A stretch of DNA of 64,000 nt from Octopus vulgaris (GCA_951406725.2 OX597842.1:9176001-9240000), one strand, 5' to 3'; counted from the stretch's first letter, positions 12,851 through 27,083 are shown. Numbers and translations: made by a program. Notes: generated by a model from the letters alone, not told the origin.

Positions 12851-15472
12851 TCATCATCATCATCATCATCATCGTTTAACGTCCGTTCTCCATGCTAGCA
12901 TGGGTTGGACGGTTCGACCGGGGATCTGGGAAGCCAGAAGGCTGCACCAGGCTCCAGTCTTATCTGGCAATGTTTCTACAGCTGGATGCCCTTCCTAATG
13001 CCAACCACTCTGTGAGTGTAGTGGGTGCTTTTTACGTGCCACCTGCACAGGTGCCAGGCGAGGCTGGCAATGGCCACGGTCGGATTGGTGTATTTTATGT
13101 GCCACCGGCACGGAAGCCAGTCGAGGCGGTGCTGGCATCGGCCACGAGTCGGATAGTGCTTTTTACGTACCACCAGACAAGGGATCCTGGCTGGTTCAAT
13201 TCAATTTCGATTTCGCTTGCCCCAACATGTCTTCACAAGCAAAAGGGGTTGGCATGGGTGCCTGTCGTATGGTCGGATTGGTGTATTTTACGTGCCACTG
13301 GCACGGAAGCCAGTGGAGGCGGCACTGGCATTGGCCACGAGTCGGATAGTGCTTTTTACGTACCACCAGACCAGGTATCCCGGCTGGTTCAATTCGATTT
13401 CGCTTGCCCCAACATGTCTTCGCAAGCAAAGGGGGTTGGCATGGGTGCCTGTCGTCGGATGAGGTTCTATATCGACTTCGCTTGCCTCAACAGGTCTTTG
13501 TGTCCAAGGGAGGAAAGGCATTCATAAGTGGGCTGGGCTCACTTGTCCTGCCTGGTCTTCTCACGTACAGAATATTTCCAAAGGTCTCGGTCGCTGGTCA
13601 TTTCCTCAGTGAGGCCTAAAGTTCGAAAGGTCGTGCTTCACCACCTCGTCCCAGGTTTTCCTGGGTCTACCTCTTCCACGGGTTCCTTCAACTGTTAAAG
13701 ATTGGCACTTTCTCACACACCTATCTTCATCCATTCTCGCCACATGACCATACCAGCACAATCGTCTCTCTTGCACACCACAACTGATGCTTCTTAGGTA
13801 CAACATTTCTCTCAAGGTACTAACGCTCTGTCGAGTAAGTACACTGACATTACACATCCATCGGAGCATACTGACTTCATTCCTCACGAGCTTACGCATG
13901 TCCTCAGCAGTCACGGCCCATGTTTCACTGCCATGTAGCATGGCTGTTCGTACACATGCATCATACAGTCTGCCTTTTACTCTGAGCGAGAGGCCTTTAG
14001 TCACCAGCAGAGGTAAGAGCTCCCTAAACTTTGCCCAGGCTATTCTTATTCTAGCAGTTACACTTTCAGCACACCCACCCCCACTACTGACTTGGTCACC
14101 TAGATAACGGAAGCTATCAACTACTTCTAGTTTTTTCCCCTGGAAAGTGACGGAAGTTGTTTTCTGCAGATTTTCGGAGGTCAATGCTCCCGAGCATCTG
14201 CCACATACAAAAACTATCTTCCCAGTTAGCCTACCTTTGACATTGCTGCACCTCTTATGTGTCCATAGCTTACACTGGGTACATCTTATAGAGTTTCTAC
14301 CTACACCTTTTCTACAGATCGAGCAGGGCCATCTTCCTGAGGACATTTGTGGATTGTCTACCTTTCTACTTATTAGTACTTTGGTTTTAGCTAGGTTGAC
14401 TCTAAGGCCCCTCGATTCTAAACCCTCCTTCCACACCTGGAATTTCTCCTCCAGTTCTGATAGTGACTCAGCAATTAGAGCGAGGTCGTCAGCATAGAGG
14501 AGCTCCCAGGGGCAACCTGTCTTGAATTCCTCCACAATTGCCTGGAGGACTATGATAAATAGGAGGGGGCTGAGTACTGAACCCTTTTGGACCCCAACCT
14601 CTACTTTGAATTCTTCTGTGTACATGTTGCCAATCCTAACCTTACTTACAGCATCTCTGTACATGGCTTACACAGCCCTCACCAGCCATTCATCTATCCC
14701 TAGTTTCCTCATTGACCACCAGATGAGGGATCGGGGGACCCTATCAAAGGCTTTCTCCATGTCAACGAAAGCCAGGTACAGGGGCTTATCTTTGGCTAGG
14801 TATTTCTCCTGCAGCTGCCTTACCAGGAATATAGCATCAGTGGTGCTTTTCCCTGGCACGAACCCAAACTGTATCTCATCTAAACTAACTCTCTCTCTAA
14901 TTAGTTGGGCTATGACCCTCTCCGTAACCTTCATTACCTCATCCAACAGCTTGATACCTCTGTAATTATTTGTATCTAGGGCATCACCTTTACCTTTGTA
15001 GCAGTTGACTAGTATGCTGCTACACCAGTCATTTGGTATGACTCCTTCGTGTATCACCTGGTTGACTATATGGGTGACTAGGTTATAGCCGACACTGCCA
15101 GATATTTTGAGCATCTCTGCAGTATCCCTGATGGGCCTGGGGCTTTCCCTGTCTTCATGCTTCTAATTGCCTTAGCTACCACGGAACTATCAACTCGGAT
15201 AGCTGGTCCCTCTGTTGGGTCAACATTTGGCAGACTCTCTTTATCCCATTCATTTTCTTTATTCAGCAACCTTTCATAGTGGCATCTCCAAACCTCTCTC
15301 TTTGCATCCTCATTTAGCGCAAGTGAACCATCATCCATGCGAACACACTTCTCTCCTACCATATCATGATTCTCTCTCACACACTGTCTTGCAACACGAA
15401 ATACCTCAAGTCTTTCATCCTCACGGCTCAGAACATTGGCAAATTTTTTCTTATCCGCTTCCCCTCTGGCTA
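12851..15472 (-). mobile_element. RTE LINE, 5'-truncated, with RT disrupted by a stop and frameshifts and an internal PHD-like finger
   Basis: KAPGPSG, NYRGIKLL, QFGFVPGKSTTDAIF, FVDMEKAFD, YADD, CSIC...CTQC...H..C...CGRC, FRYLG, HGSETW. Confidence 0.95.
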
Positions 15473-15486
15473 AATATATATATGTA

Positions 15487-15548
<62 letters not shown>

Positions 15549-16246
15549 TTTTGTTTTTTTACATGAATACTGTACAAAGAGATATTGAGTTTAGTGTAAG
15601 TTTTATGTGAGATCTAAAATATATTGGTTAGCTTTCAATACCGGTGCTAACTGCTGATTGGTCAATAATATCATGTCTGGTACTCTGGATATCCTAGAAA
15701 TTTTACACATTATTATAAATCAGGCTTTATTCTGTTTTCTTTTTTGGTTTTTGTTTTTTTTCTTTTGACAGCCAAAAAAAAATAAATAACATACAAACAC
15801 AGCAGTTCCTTGAAAAAAAAAACAACAATTGCGCTCCGTTGATTGCTATTTTTCTAATTATTAATAATCATACATGTAATTTGCAATGAGAAAGAAAAAT
15901 AAATGAGAAACATCATTGAAAAAAATTTTTTTTTGAAAAAAAAAAAGTTAAAAAGGAGAAAAGAATGTATCGGAAAAAAAAGGAAATAAAAAAAGAACAT
16001 AAAACAAACATTTTTTAGACATATTTTGCGACATGAACCAACAGTGAAAAATTTTGTTAACCTCTCCATCTCTCTCTCTCTCTCCTGTCTGTATATCTAT
16101 TTCTCTTTCTATCTATCTGTCTATCTGATATTATGCAGTTAAAAACACAAAGTACAACTTTTACAAATAATATATATATATATATATTACGGAGATGTAC
16201 TCGCATAGCAAGTGACTCGATCTGAGATCGTGTGTTGGAACGAAAA

Positions 16247-16460
16247 CAATTGCAGCGTGGAAGGTGTTTACAAGCCATTTAAGAAACACACAAAAGCCTT
16301 TCGATTCACTTCAACATTTAAGTTTAATTTGTCATTAATTTGTCATTAATTTGTCATTAATTTGTCATTAATTTGACAAATTAAACTTAAATGTTGAAGT
16401 GAATCGAACGGCTTTTGTGTGTTTCTTAAATGGCTTATAAACACCTTCCACGCTGCAATT

Positions 16461-16461
<1 letters not shown>
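16247..16461. repeat. Foldback with ~85-bp arms and about 4x ATTAATTTGTC at the centre
   Basis: CAATTGCAGCGTGGAAGG... mirrored by ...CCTTCCACGCTGCAATTG. Confidence 0.85.
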
Positions 16462-16504
<43 letters not shown>

Positions 16505-16751
16505 TATATATATATGATAATAGTGATAATAATAACAATAATGGATAACATCACTCTAGTAAATATATTTGTTTAAGTATAAATTTCCTCGGTTTTTATT
16601 CTGTTTTTTTTTTTAATAATTATTATATTATTATTACCATGTGTTTTTTATGAATTGGGTCGCAGCATTGTTTAAGGTGGTGCTCCAGCATGGCCGCAGT
16701 CAAATGACTGAAACAAGTAAACGAGTAAACGAGTATATATGTATATATGTA

Positions 16752-16782
<31 letters not shown>

Positions 16783-16789
16783 ATATCCT

Positions 16790-19122
16790 TAAATCCTTAA
16801 ATTCTTAAAAATGTTTTAGCCCGAAGGCCGCGGCCATGCTGGGGCACCACCGCTGAATGAGCTACACTAATTTGTGAATCCACCTCTGATACGTGGCACT
16901 TGATCAACAAGGGAGTTCGATGCTGCTGCCCACATCCGTGTCTCCTGTCGTGAGGTAGGTTCATCTAGGACTCCCAACAAGAAGAGATCCAGTTTAGTTT
17001 TAAAAAACCCACATCCACACCATGTAAGTCTCTCAGGCATTTAGGGAGGATGTTAAAGAGCTGTGGTCCTCTGAAACCCAAGCTGTTGCAGTATCTGGAC
17101 CTGTATTTTGATGGTGATGTTGGAATCCTTGGCACCACGCAGCGGCGCCCCGTTCTGCGGTTGGGGTAACTTTGAATGCCAAAGTTTGGGACAAGACCCT
17201 CCAGGATTTTCCAGATGTATATCACCGCATATCTCTCCTGCCTCCGCTCTAGGGAGAAGAGGTTTAATACTTTCAGTCTTTCCCAGTAGCTGATATTTTG
17301 CATTGAGACGATTTTCTTTGTGTAGCTTCTCTGAATTGCTTTGAGTTCTGCTGTTAGTTTTATATTGTGTGGTGACCACAGTTCGGAGCAGTAGTCCAAG
17401 CGGCTGAGGATGAATGTTTTCCATAGGACCATCAGTGTCTCCTTCTCTCTTGTTCTGAAAGTTCGGAGAATCCATCCAGCTAGCCGTTTGCATTTTATCA
17501 CCAGATTAGCAATATGCATTTGGAAAGATGCATCATTGCTCATGTCAATGCCCAGGTCACGCACTGATTTTGACTCAGGGATTGCAATTCTTCCTGGGCC
17601 AGTGTATCCAGTCTTCACGTCATTTACCTTTGTGTGCCAGTAGCGCAGGGCCTGGAACTTACCTGCATTAAACTGCATGTTGTTGTCCTCAGCCCACCTG
17701 TATATTGTGTCCAGCTCATGTTGCAGATGCGCAATATTTTCAGGGTTTTGTATTGCGTGGGAGACTTTTGTGTCATCTGCATAGCTAGCAAGGGTGGTCA
17801 TCGTAGCAACTGAAGGCATGTCTGAAAGGGCCACTATGAACATCAGTGGCCCCAAGACAGTGCCCTGTGGGACACCGCTTGTTATTTGCGTTTCCTTGGA
17901 GGTGGCTCCATTGCTCACAACTGCCTGTTTTCTGTCTTTTAGGAAGTTGTGCAGCCACTCTCCAAGTTTCCTGCCTATGCCGAAACCACGCAGTTTGTGA
18001 CAGATCATACCATGATCGACTTTATCAAAGGCTTTTGCAAAGTTGAGATATATTACATCCACATTTGAGCCATTTAATAGCTGTTTCAACACCCAGTCAT
18101 AGTGTTGCAGGAGCTGTGTTAGGCAGCCTCTACCTGGTCGAAATCCATGCTGGGTGTCAGACAGCAAGTCATTTTCTTCAAGGAACATGATTAGTTTCTT
18201 ACGGACTATTCGTTCCATGACTTTGCTGATGTGTGAGGTCAGAGAGATAGGCCTATAATTTTTAGCATCTGCTCTGCTACCTCCCTTATGGATAGGGCAT
18301 ATTACCCCCTCTTTCAATTTGACAGGGAGCTTACCACTTGCAAGAAAGCTCTGAAAAAGAAGCTGTAGCGGTTTTGCAAGGGCTCGTTTGCATGATTTGA
18401 GAAGGATCGTTGGGAATCCATCAGGTCCAGCAGCTGAGTTTGTGTCAATCTCATCAATGGCTAGTGTGATATCATCATCTTCTATGTTGATGTACTCAAT
18501 TTTTGTCTCTTTGACCGCAGGTAAAGTGGCAGTCTCTTTGGCCGCAGGTAAAGTGGCAAAGAATTCTTCTGGGTTGTTTACTTGCCTGTGTCCTAGCGGT
18601 GTAGTGAACACACTTTGGAACTGTTCGTTCAGTATTTCACTTATCCTCGTGGGATTTCCTGTGAGAGAGCCATCTTTTTGGAAGAGAGGTCCTATTTTCT
18701 GGTGCACTGTGGCTGTCTCTTTGGCAAACTTAAAGAAAGCTTTAGGGTTTGATTTTATATTTTCTATTACCCAAGCTTCTTTATCTGCTCTCTCCTTTTC
18801 ATGGGACTGATGTAGACTTTTCTCAGTTTCCATTAGCATTCTTTCGAGCCGAGACTTCTCACCACTATTGGTGTGCTTGCTCAGGCGGTTTGCAATTCTT
18901 GTCCGTCGTCTCATAAGAATCCTCCTTTCTCTAGGGATCCTGTTTTTGTTCTTGTGTGTGCTGGCCCTGCACATTGGGACATATTTGTCACATATGGCTT
19001 GTATTATGGACTTGAAGTGTTTGTGTTTCATGTTTATGTCCGGTGTGGAGAGACATTCAGGCCAATCCTGTTTGAGGATCTCTTTCTCAATCAACTTCCA
19101 GTTGGCTTTATGAAAGTTTAAG
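16790..19122 (-). mobile_element. CR1-group LINE, 5'-truncated, 709-aa RT ORF (16965-19094)
   Basis: [50 protein letters not shown]; tail GGTGGTGCCCCAGCATGGCC. Confidence 0.93.
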
Positions 19123-19286
19123 TTGTATATGTATATGTTTATGTATATATATATGTATATATATATATGTATATATATATATGTATATGTTTATGTATAT
19201 ATATATATGTATATATATGTATATATATATATGTATATGTATTATGTATATATATATATATATATATATATGTTTATGTATATATG

Positions 19287-19323
<37 letters not shown>

Positions 19324-19340
19324 GTTTATGTATATATGTA

Positions 19341-19371
<31 letters not shown>

Positions 19372-19388
19372 ATGTTTATGTATATATG

Positions 19389-19437
<49 letters not shown>

Positions 19438-19504
19438 GTATATATATATATATGTATATATATATGTATAAATATATATATGTATATATATATGTATAAA
19501 TATA

Positions 19505-19556
<52 letters not shown>

Positions 19557-19559
19557 AAA

Positions 19560-19991
19560 AAAAAAAACACCATCCGAGCGTGGTCGTCTGCTAGCCTTGT
19601 CTGGCACCTGTGTCGGTGGCACATAAAAGCACCATCCGAGCGTGGCCGTTCGCCAGCCTCGTCTGGCACCTGTGTCGGTGGCACATAAAAACACCATCCG
19701 AGCGTGGTCGTCTGCCAGCCTCGTCTGGCACCTGTGTCGGTGGCACATAAAAACACCATCCGAGCGTGGCCGTTCGCCAGCCTCGTCTGGCACCTGTGTC
19801 GGTGGCACATAAAATCACCCACTACACTCTCGGAGTGGTTGGCGTTAGGAAGGGCATCCAGCTGTAGAAACACTGCCAGATCTGACTGGCCTGGTGCAGC
19901 CTTCGGGCTCCCCAGACACCAGTTGAACCGTCCAACCCATGCTAGCATGGAAAGCGGACGTTAAATGATGATGATGATGATGATGATGATG
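19560..19991 (+). mobile_element. RTE 3'UTR-only copy with four ~60-bp internal repeats
   Basis: CACCATCCGAGCGTGG...GGCACCTGTGTCGGTGGCACATAAAA x4, RTE tail, (GAT)n. Confidence 0.85.
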
Positions 19992-20109
19992 ATATATGTG
20001 TATATATATATATATATGTGTATACATATATATGTGTGTATATAAATATATATATATGTTTGTATATTAATATATATATATGTGTGTGTATATATAAATA
20101 TATATATAA

Positions 20110-20140
<31 letters not shown>

Positions 20141-20172
20141 AGTATATATATATGTGTGTATATATATCTCTA

Positions 20173-21044
20173 TCTCTCCATATATGAAAGGCAGTTTGTC
20201 TGTTTGCGTGTCTGTCTGTGTGTCTGTCAGGTTGTACCCTCACCCTGACCACGGTTTTCAACCGATTTTGATGAAACTTGACACAGACATAGCCAATGTC
20301 ATAATTCAAAACTAACGCAGCGAAAATTTTGAAAAGTTCCTCCAGTTCTGAAAAAAATCGATAATTTCGACATGGGGTCGAGAATTTAAGCTTATCATAT
20401 GCAACACATTTTCCGTTCTAGTTTTTGCAACTTGCAATCGATTTTTACCAAACTCATGGTGAAGCTTAATGTTACCCTAAGGAACTTAATTCTGGCGTTA
20501 GTTTTCCATGCAATACCTTACCATTAGAAAAAAATCGATAAAATCATGCCATTCTGGGAAATCGCGTTCAAATTCAAGATGACATATTTTCGACAATATC
20601 TTTAACAAATTGGCAGGAATTTTTTTTTAAATTCACAGCGAGCAATGTGTCTCCTCCAAGGAGCTATATGACCCTTTTGATTCCAATAGGATACATTATT
20701 ACTGGAAAAAATCGGTTAATTACATCATATGTGGCACACATAGCAAACCGATTTTTCTACGATATTTTTTGAAAGTTCACATAGATTTTCCATACACCGT
20801 TGTTGGACATCAAGTTTGCATAAAATGTCAAACTACCGACCTTTTGTCAATGCAGTTAACAAGTATTGGGAGAAATCGACAAAACCATATCACTTTGATA
20901 CCAACCATGGGAACCCTACAAAACTGACTTTTGTTATTTACAAAATAACGGTTCAATGAGTACAAAAAAGGGTAAAAATGTAAAGGATATTGCTTATTGA
21001 CAAAGTTTCCTACATACCTGGGCAATGCCGGGCTATGCTGCTAG
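20173..21044 (+). mobile_element. Non-autonomous Helitron
   Basis: 5' A|TC, (TGTC)n near the 5' end, ACCGATTTTGATGAAAC motif, 3' GC-rich hairpin-like CCTGGGCAATGCCGGG followed by CTAG|T. Confidence 0.7.
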
Positions 21045-21079
<35 letters not shown>

Positions 21080-21444
21080 TATATATAATAATTTTGCAGC
21101 TTTAATAAGAAGTATATTACTCTACAGGACTGGTGAGCTTAGAGGAGGCTGCACCAGACTCCAGTTTGGCATGGTTTCTCCGGCTGGATGCCCTTCCTAA
21201 CACTCTGAGAGTGTAATGGGTGCTTTTATGACAGCAGCATCAGCCACAACTACGATTTCACTTGGCTTGACGGGTCTTCCTTCTCAAGCACAGCATATTG
21301 CCAAAGGTCTTGGTCATTTTTCATTGGCCTTTGTGAAGCCCAGCACTCAAAAGGTGCTTTTCACATCCCACCAGCACAGGCGCTAGTTACATGACACCGA
21401 CCAGCCACAACTAGGATTTATATATTTCTGTATAAATCTTTAAA

Positions 21445-22160
21445 TCTTTACACTTGTTTCAGCTTTAAAGCTATGGTCATGCTGGGGTACCATCGTTGGC
21501 TTGTGCTAGACCATTAGTTGAAACCTCCTCTGATATGTGGCACTTGATGGATAAGGGAGTTTGATGCTGTTGTCTTCATCTGTGTTTCCTGCCGTGAGGT
21601 GGGCTCATCTGGAACCCATACCAGGAAGGGATCCAGTTTTGTTTTGAAGACCCATCCACACCCTGCAGGTCTATCAAGCATTTTGGAAGGATATTGAAGA
21701 GCTGTGAGTCCTTGAAACCCAAGCTGTTACAGTATCTGGTCCTCAATTTTGATGGTGATGCTGGGATCTTTGGCATTATGCAGTGGTTCCCCATTCTGCT
21801 GTTTATGTAACTTTCAGTGCCAGAGTTTTTGGTCCAAGGCCTTCCAGGATTTTCCAGATGTATATCACTGCATATCTTTCCCACTTTTGTTCTCGGGAGA
21901 AGAGTTTTAATTCTATCAGTCTTTCCCAGGAGCTGATACGTTGCATTGAGATGATTTTCTTAGTGTAGATTCGTTGGATTGCTTCAAGTTCCACCATGAA
22001 TTTTATATTGTGTGGTGACCATAGTTGGGAGCAGTAGTCCAAGCAGCTGAGGATGTATACCCTCCAAAGGACCATCATTGTCCCCTTTTCTCTTGTTTTG
22101 AAAGTTCGGAGGATCCAACCAGCCAGCCATCTGCATTTTATTACAAAATTGTTAACATGT
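21445..22160 (-). mobile_element. Diverged CR1-group LINE 3' fragment
   Basis: [30 protein letters not shown] with frameshifts. Confidence 0.85.
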
Positions 22161-22184
22161 GAAGATACATGTGGCCGAGCTCCT

Positions 22185-22800
22185 GGGTCTCACGAAGGCA
22201 AGGTGACTGAGTTCCTTTTGAGTGCTGGGCCTCATGGAGGCAAGGTGACTGAGTTCCTTTTGAGTGCTGGGCCTCATGGAGGCAAAGTGGCTGAGTTCCT
22301 TTTGAGTGCTGGGCCTCATGAAGGCAAGGTGGCTGAGTTCCTTTCGAGTGCTGGGCCTCATGGAGGCAAGGTGGCTGAGTTCCTTTTGAGTGCTGGGCCT
22401 CATGGAGGCAAAGTGGCTGAGTTCCTTTTGAGTGCTGGGCCTCATGAAGGCAAGGTGGCTGAGTTCCTTTCGAGTGCTGGGCCTCATGAAGGCAAGTTGG
22501 CTGAGTTCCTTTCGAGTGCTGGGCCTCATGGAGGCAAGGTGGCTGAGTTCCTTTTGAGTGCTGGGCCTCATGAAGGCAAGGTGACTGAGTTCCTTTCGAG
22601 TGCTGGGCCTCATGGAGGCAAAGTGGCTGAGTTCCTTTTGAGTGCTGGGCCTCATGAAGGCAAGGTGGCTGAGTTCCTTTCGAGTGCTGGGCCTCATGGA
22701 GGCAAGGTGGCAGAGTTCCTTTCAAACAGGTGTCACAGAGGCGAGGTAGCTGAGTTCCTTTCAAGCATTGGGCCTCATGGGGGGAAAGTGACCGAACTCC
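22185..22800. repeat. 42-bp minisatellite, about 14-15 units
   Basis: GGCAAGGTGGCTGAGTTCCTTT(T/C)GAGTGCTGGGCCTCATG(G/A)A. Confidence 0.93.
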
Positions 22801-22964
22801 CTCCATGTGTTGGCCCTTGGGCGTCCACACTTTTTAACTGTTGGTGTCATGGTTGTTTTGTGGAGCTTCGCATTTGCTGGTGGTCTCTTTAGTGATTTGT
22901 GTTGCTTTTTGCATTTGATGATTTTTTTGCGTTGTTAGGATGTCATTCATTTTTGGATCTCTAG

Positions 22965-23885
22965 TTGGTAAAGGAATTGCGATGGGAACAAAAGCAGCCC
23001 CTGTTCTTGTGAACCTAATAATTGGTTATTTTGAATCCACTTTATATGAAGTATCACTTCAGAAATATGATTATCCCATTTTACTTGTACATAAGAGAAA
23101 ATTGGAAAAGATACCTGGATGACTGTTTTATCATTTGGAAGGAGAACATCGACAAACTTTTGGATTTCAAATCAACACTAAATGATATAAATAGTAACAT
23201 TCAATTCACAATGGAATAACTCCCATTTTTAGACATCATGATAAAAAAAAAGTCAACAATCAAATCATAACTGACATTTATTATAAACCAACTGACTCAA
23301 AACAATATTTCCTCTTCAACTCTTGGCACCTGAAATACATCAAAATAAATATCCCTTTCAATTTGACAAAAAGGATTTGCACAATAGTGTCTGGATAGAA
23401 CAACTCGGGACCTTCGTCTTCAAGACCTCAAAACAACGCTTACTGAAAGACAATATCCACCCTCACTTATAGACGAGGGAATTAAACGTGTCAAACAATT
23501 AGACACAAAAACACTAAGAACAACAAAACATAACACCATACCTCATCTCAAAACACTACTATTTATATCAACACACAATCCCAGAAACAGTGAGGCATAC
23601 AACACTATTGTGCAAAATCTTCTTTTACTAACTAGAGATCTAAAAATGAGCGACATCCTGAAAACACACAAACTCATCAAATGCTAAAGGCGACACAAGT
23701 CGCTGAGGAGACTGCTAACAAATGCGAAGCTTTGCAGAGCAACCACGAAACCAACGGTTGAAAAATGTGGATGCCCAAACTGTGGAACCTGCCCCAACCT
23801 ACTTGAAGGCTCAGATTTCCTTTCCAAACAAGGACAGAGGTTCACAATGAAAACTAGTTTCACTTGTGTCTCTGACAACCTAATT
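22965..23885 (+). mobile_element. Degenerate Penelope-like RT/Zn-finger fragment
   Basis: GIAMGTKAAP, WKRYLDDCFIIW, IQFTME, YYKPTDS, CGCPNCGTC; homologous to 36950-37830. Confidence 0.85.
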
Positions 23886-24500
23886 TTTCTTTTCTTTTGG
23901 ACTCTCCCATGTCTCCTGTTTCCAAAGAAGAGCTTTGCTCAAAACATAAAACAACCACTCTTTCCTTCTCTGAGCATCTTATCAATACTTTGCATGTACC
24001 ACATTCTTGCGTTGTTGTTTTTTCCTCCATTTTTTAAAAATTAATTATATATACACACACACATATGGTGCTGGTGTCTCATTAAAAAGCCCCTCTCCTG
24101 GTGTCACATGAAAAGCACTCTGCATACTCAGTAAAATGGGTGGTGTTAGGAAGGGCGTCCTACCATGGAAATGATGCTAAAACAGACCACTAGAGCCAGG
24201 TGGAGCGCTCTGCCCGGCCAGTTCCTGTCAAACCACCCTAACCCATGCCAACATGGAAAAACGGATGTTAAAGGAGGAGGAGGATGTATAGATATATGTT
24301 ATCTTTACCAAAAATACCTAATGGTATCAGCATTGTGTGTAAAGAAGCTGCCATGCAATCCGGGTTAACTTGAGCTCTATCAAACTTTTATTGACAAGGA
24401 AGAACTCTAGAGAGGTGTTGGGGGGGGGGGAATAGGTGACTCATTTAGAAATGATTAAATTTGAAACATTAACAGCATGCAGCAGAGAAAATGATCAGCT

Positions 24501-24501
<1 letters not shown>

Positions 24502-24557
<56 letters not shown>

Positions 24558-24558
24558 A

Positions 24559-24611
<53 letters not shown>

Positions 24612-24660
24612 ATAGTAGTAGTAGTAGTAGTAGTAATAGTAGTAGTAGTAGTAGTAGTAA

Positions 24661-24719
<59 letters not shown>

Positions 24720-24720
24720 A

Positions 24721-24782
<62 letters not shown>

Positions 24783-24858
24783 ATAGTAGTAGTAGTAGTA
24801 GTAGTAATAGTAGTAGTAGTAGTAGTAGTAGTAGTAATAGTAGTAGTAGTAGTAGTAA

Positions 24859-24902
<44 letters not shown>

Positions 24903-24903
24903 A

Positions 24904-24947
<44 letters not shown>

Positions 24948-24975
24948 ATAGTAGTAGTAGTAGTAGTAGTAGTAA

Positions 24976-25034
<59 letters not shown>

Positions 25035-25035
25035 A

Positions 25036-25103
<68 letters not shown>

Positions 25104-25104
25104 A

Positions 25105-25160
<56 letters not shown>

Positions 25161-25161
25161 A

Positions 25162-25236
<75 letters not shown>
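24502..25236. repeat. (TAG)n microsatellite with interspersed TAA, ~735 bp
   Basis: Read directly from the sequence. Confidence 0.98.
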
Positions 25237-26716
25237 CACTACTATTACCAGTAGGTAACATGAAATAGGCTACTCAGACAAAAACTTTCTCACCCCGGGG
25301 GTGGGGGTGATAAAGTTTTAAATATAATGATAATGATATGAAGGGAAAAGTTTTTAATATTATATCATGATCTTTGTCAAGATATATCTATGAAAATGTC
25401 ACTGGGAGTTTTCTTCATAACCCCTTCCTATACTTGTGATGGTGATGGTCATGGTGGGGTTTATTGTCAGATAAGCATTCCCTGTATTTTGATTTTGCTT
25501 TCACAGTTTGTGATTGTTGCTGCTATAAAAAGACTTGCAGGAATATTATCCCTTCATCTTTATCTTCTGTAAAAAGAGATTGTCTTATAGGTTACAAAAA
25601 GAAAAAAACAAAAAAAAGACATCTCTGAAGGGGTTTGTTTGGTGCTGTCTGTCCCTCCTCCTCCTTCTACCTACTTCCTCTCCCTGCCCATCCACCCCTC
25701 AGCAACCACCTCATTCATTTTAGAGGATTCCATTTGAAGAAAGGGATTGGCAGGTGTTTTGGAATAGGTCAGCAGGCTACCACTCATCCTTGTTACTTGC
25801 TACTTGTTACTTGTTACTTGCCTTCCCCATTCAAGGATCAGTACAATTTTTTTTTCTGACTAACCTCTTTCCTTTTCTCTCTCTCTCTCTCTTTCTGTTC
25901 ATTGTTTTCAACCATCACCACCACAGCTGCCATACATGCAACATTCAGACTTTTGATGCCACCACCACCACCACCACCACCTTTGACTTTGCCACCTCCC
26001 CATCTTCCACCATCACCAATGTCTTTCACAGTGCTTACCATCACCATTGACCCTGACTACTTCAGCCCCCACCTCCGCCTCTATCACAGCTACAGCTCAT
26101 ACTTATACTATCACCCCATCACCATCACAACCACCAATCTACAACCATGTTTCTGTCTACTATTACTCTCACTCCAACATGAGCAATAGTAGGAGTGTCA
26201 ATGAATAGTGAGTGTCAATGAATAGTCGAAGTGTGATACACTGACACACAAATTAGCTTTCACATTTATTATATTATATTATATATATATAGAGATTTTT
26301 TTGGATCTTTTCATTTGTGAAGCCAGTTTTTTCAAATTTTTCCTACTGAACCAAACAATTTGAAACTTCGTATACTGGTAGAATGTGTCAAAAGTAAACT
26401 TAATTGTAAACCAGAATGAAAACGGAATTGTAACTTCTAAGTTTAACATTGTTTAATAATTAGAATTTTAACCAATGGTATTCCGTCTTTCGGCTTCATA
26501 TTATTTACTCCCACCAATTTGGTGACATAGTAAACATATGGTATGTAAACAAATGTAAACAAAACAATAACGATGAAGTTTTTTACTCGGTGTATGTGTA
26601 TATGTATGAATGTATGTATGTATGAATGTATGTATGTATGTGTGTATGTATCTATGTATGTGTGTGTGTGTGTATGTGTGTGTATGTATGTATGTATGTA
26701 TGGCCGATTCAGTGTT

Positions 26717-26812
<96 letters not shown>

Positions 26813-26987
26813 ATAAATATTAGGGAATAAATCCAAATTTACAGGGAAAAAATCAGATTTAGGATTAAATCCAATTTTATAGTAAAATATTATAAAATAT
26901 TATTAGAGACAAAACCACTATTTTGCAAAACAAACAAGGAAAGACTTAATCAATACATAAAATTTTAATAAATAGTCAAAAAAACCG

Positions 26988-27030
26988 CCACTACAATTGT
27001 TTCTTGTCTTGATCGACAATCTTCAGGTGG
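26988..27030 (-). ncRNA. Mirror copy of the hammerhead ribozyme
   Basis: Exact reverse complement of 27041-27083. Confidence 0.85.
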
Positions 27031-27040
27031 ACTTCCAAGT

Positions 27041-27083
27041 CCACCTGAAGATTGTCGATCAAGACAAGAAACAATTGTAGTGG
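27041..27083 (+). ncRNA. Minimal type-I hammerhead ribozyme, canonical core
   Basis: CCAC-CTGAAGA-TTGTC(gatcaa)GACAA-GAA-ACAATTGT-A-GTGG. Confidence 0.85.

Noticed and set aside
24455-25261. Poly-T, poly-L and poly-S ORFs, including as a possible mucin exon of the minus-strand gene
   Set aside because: Pure (TAG)n tract, no convincing splice sites, and downstream of the TM exon
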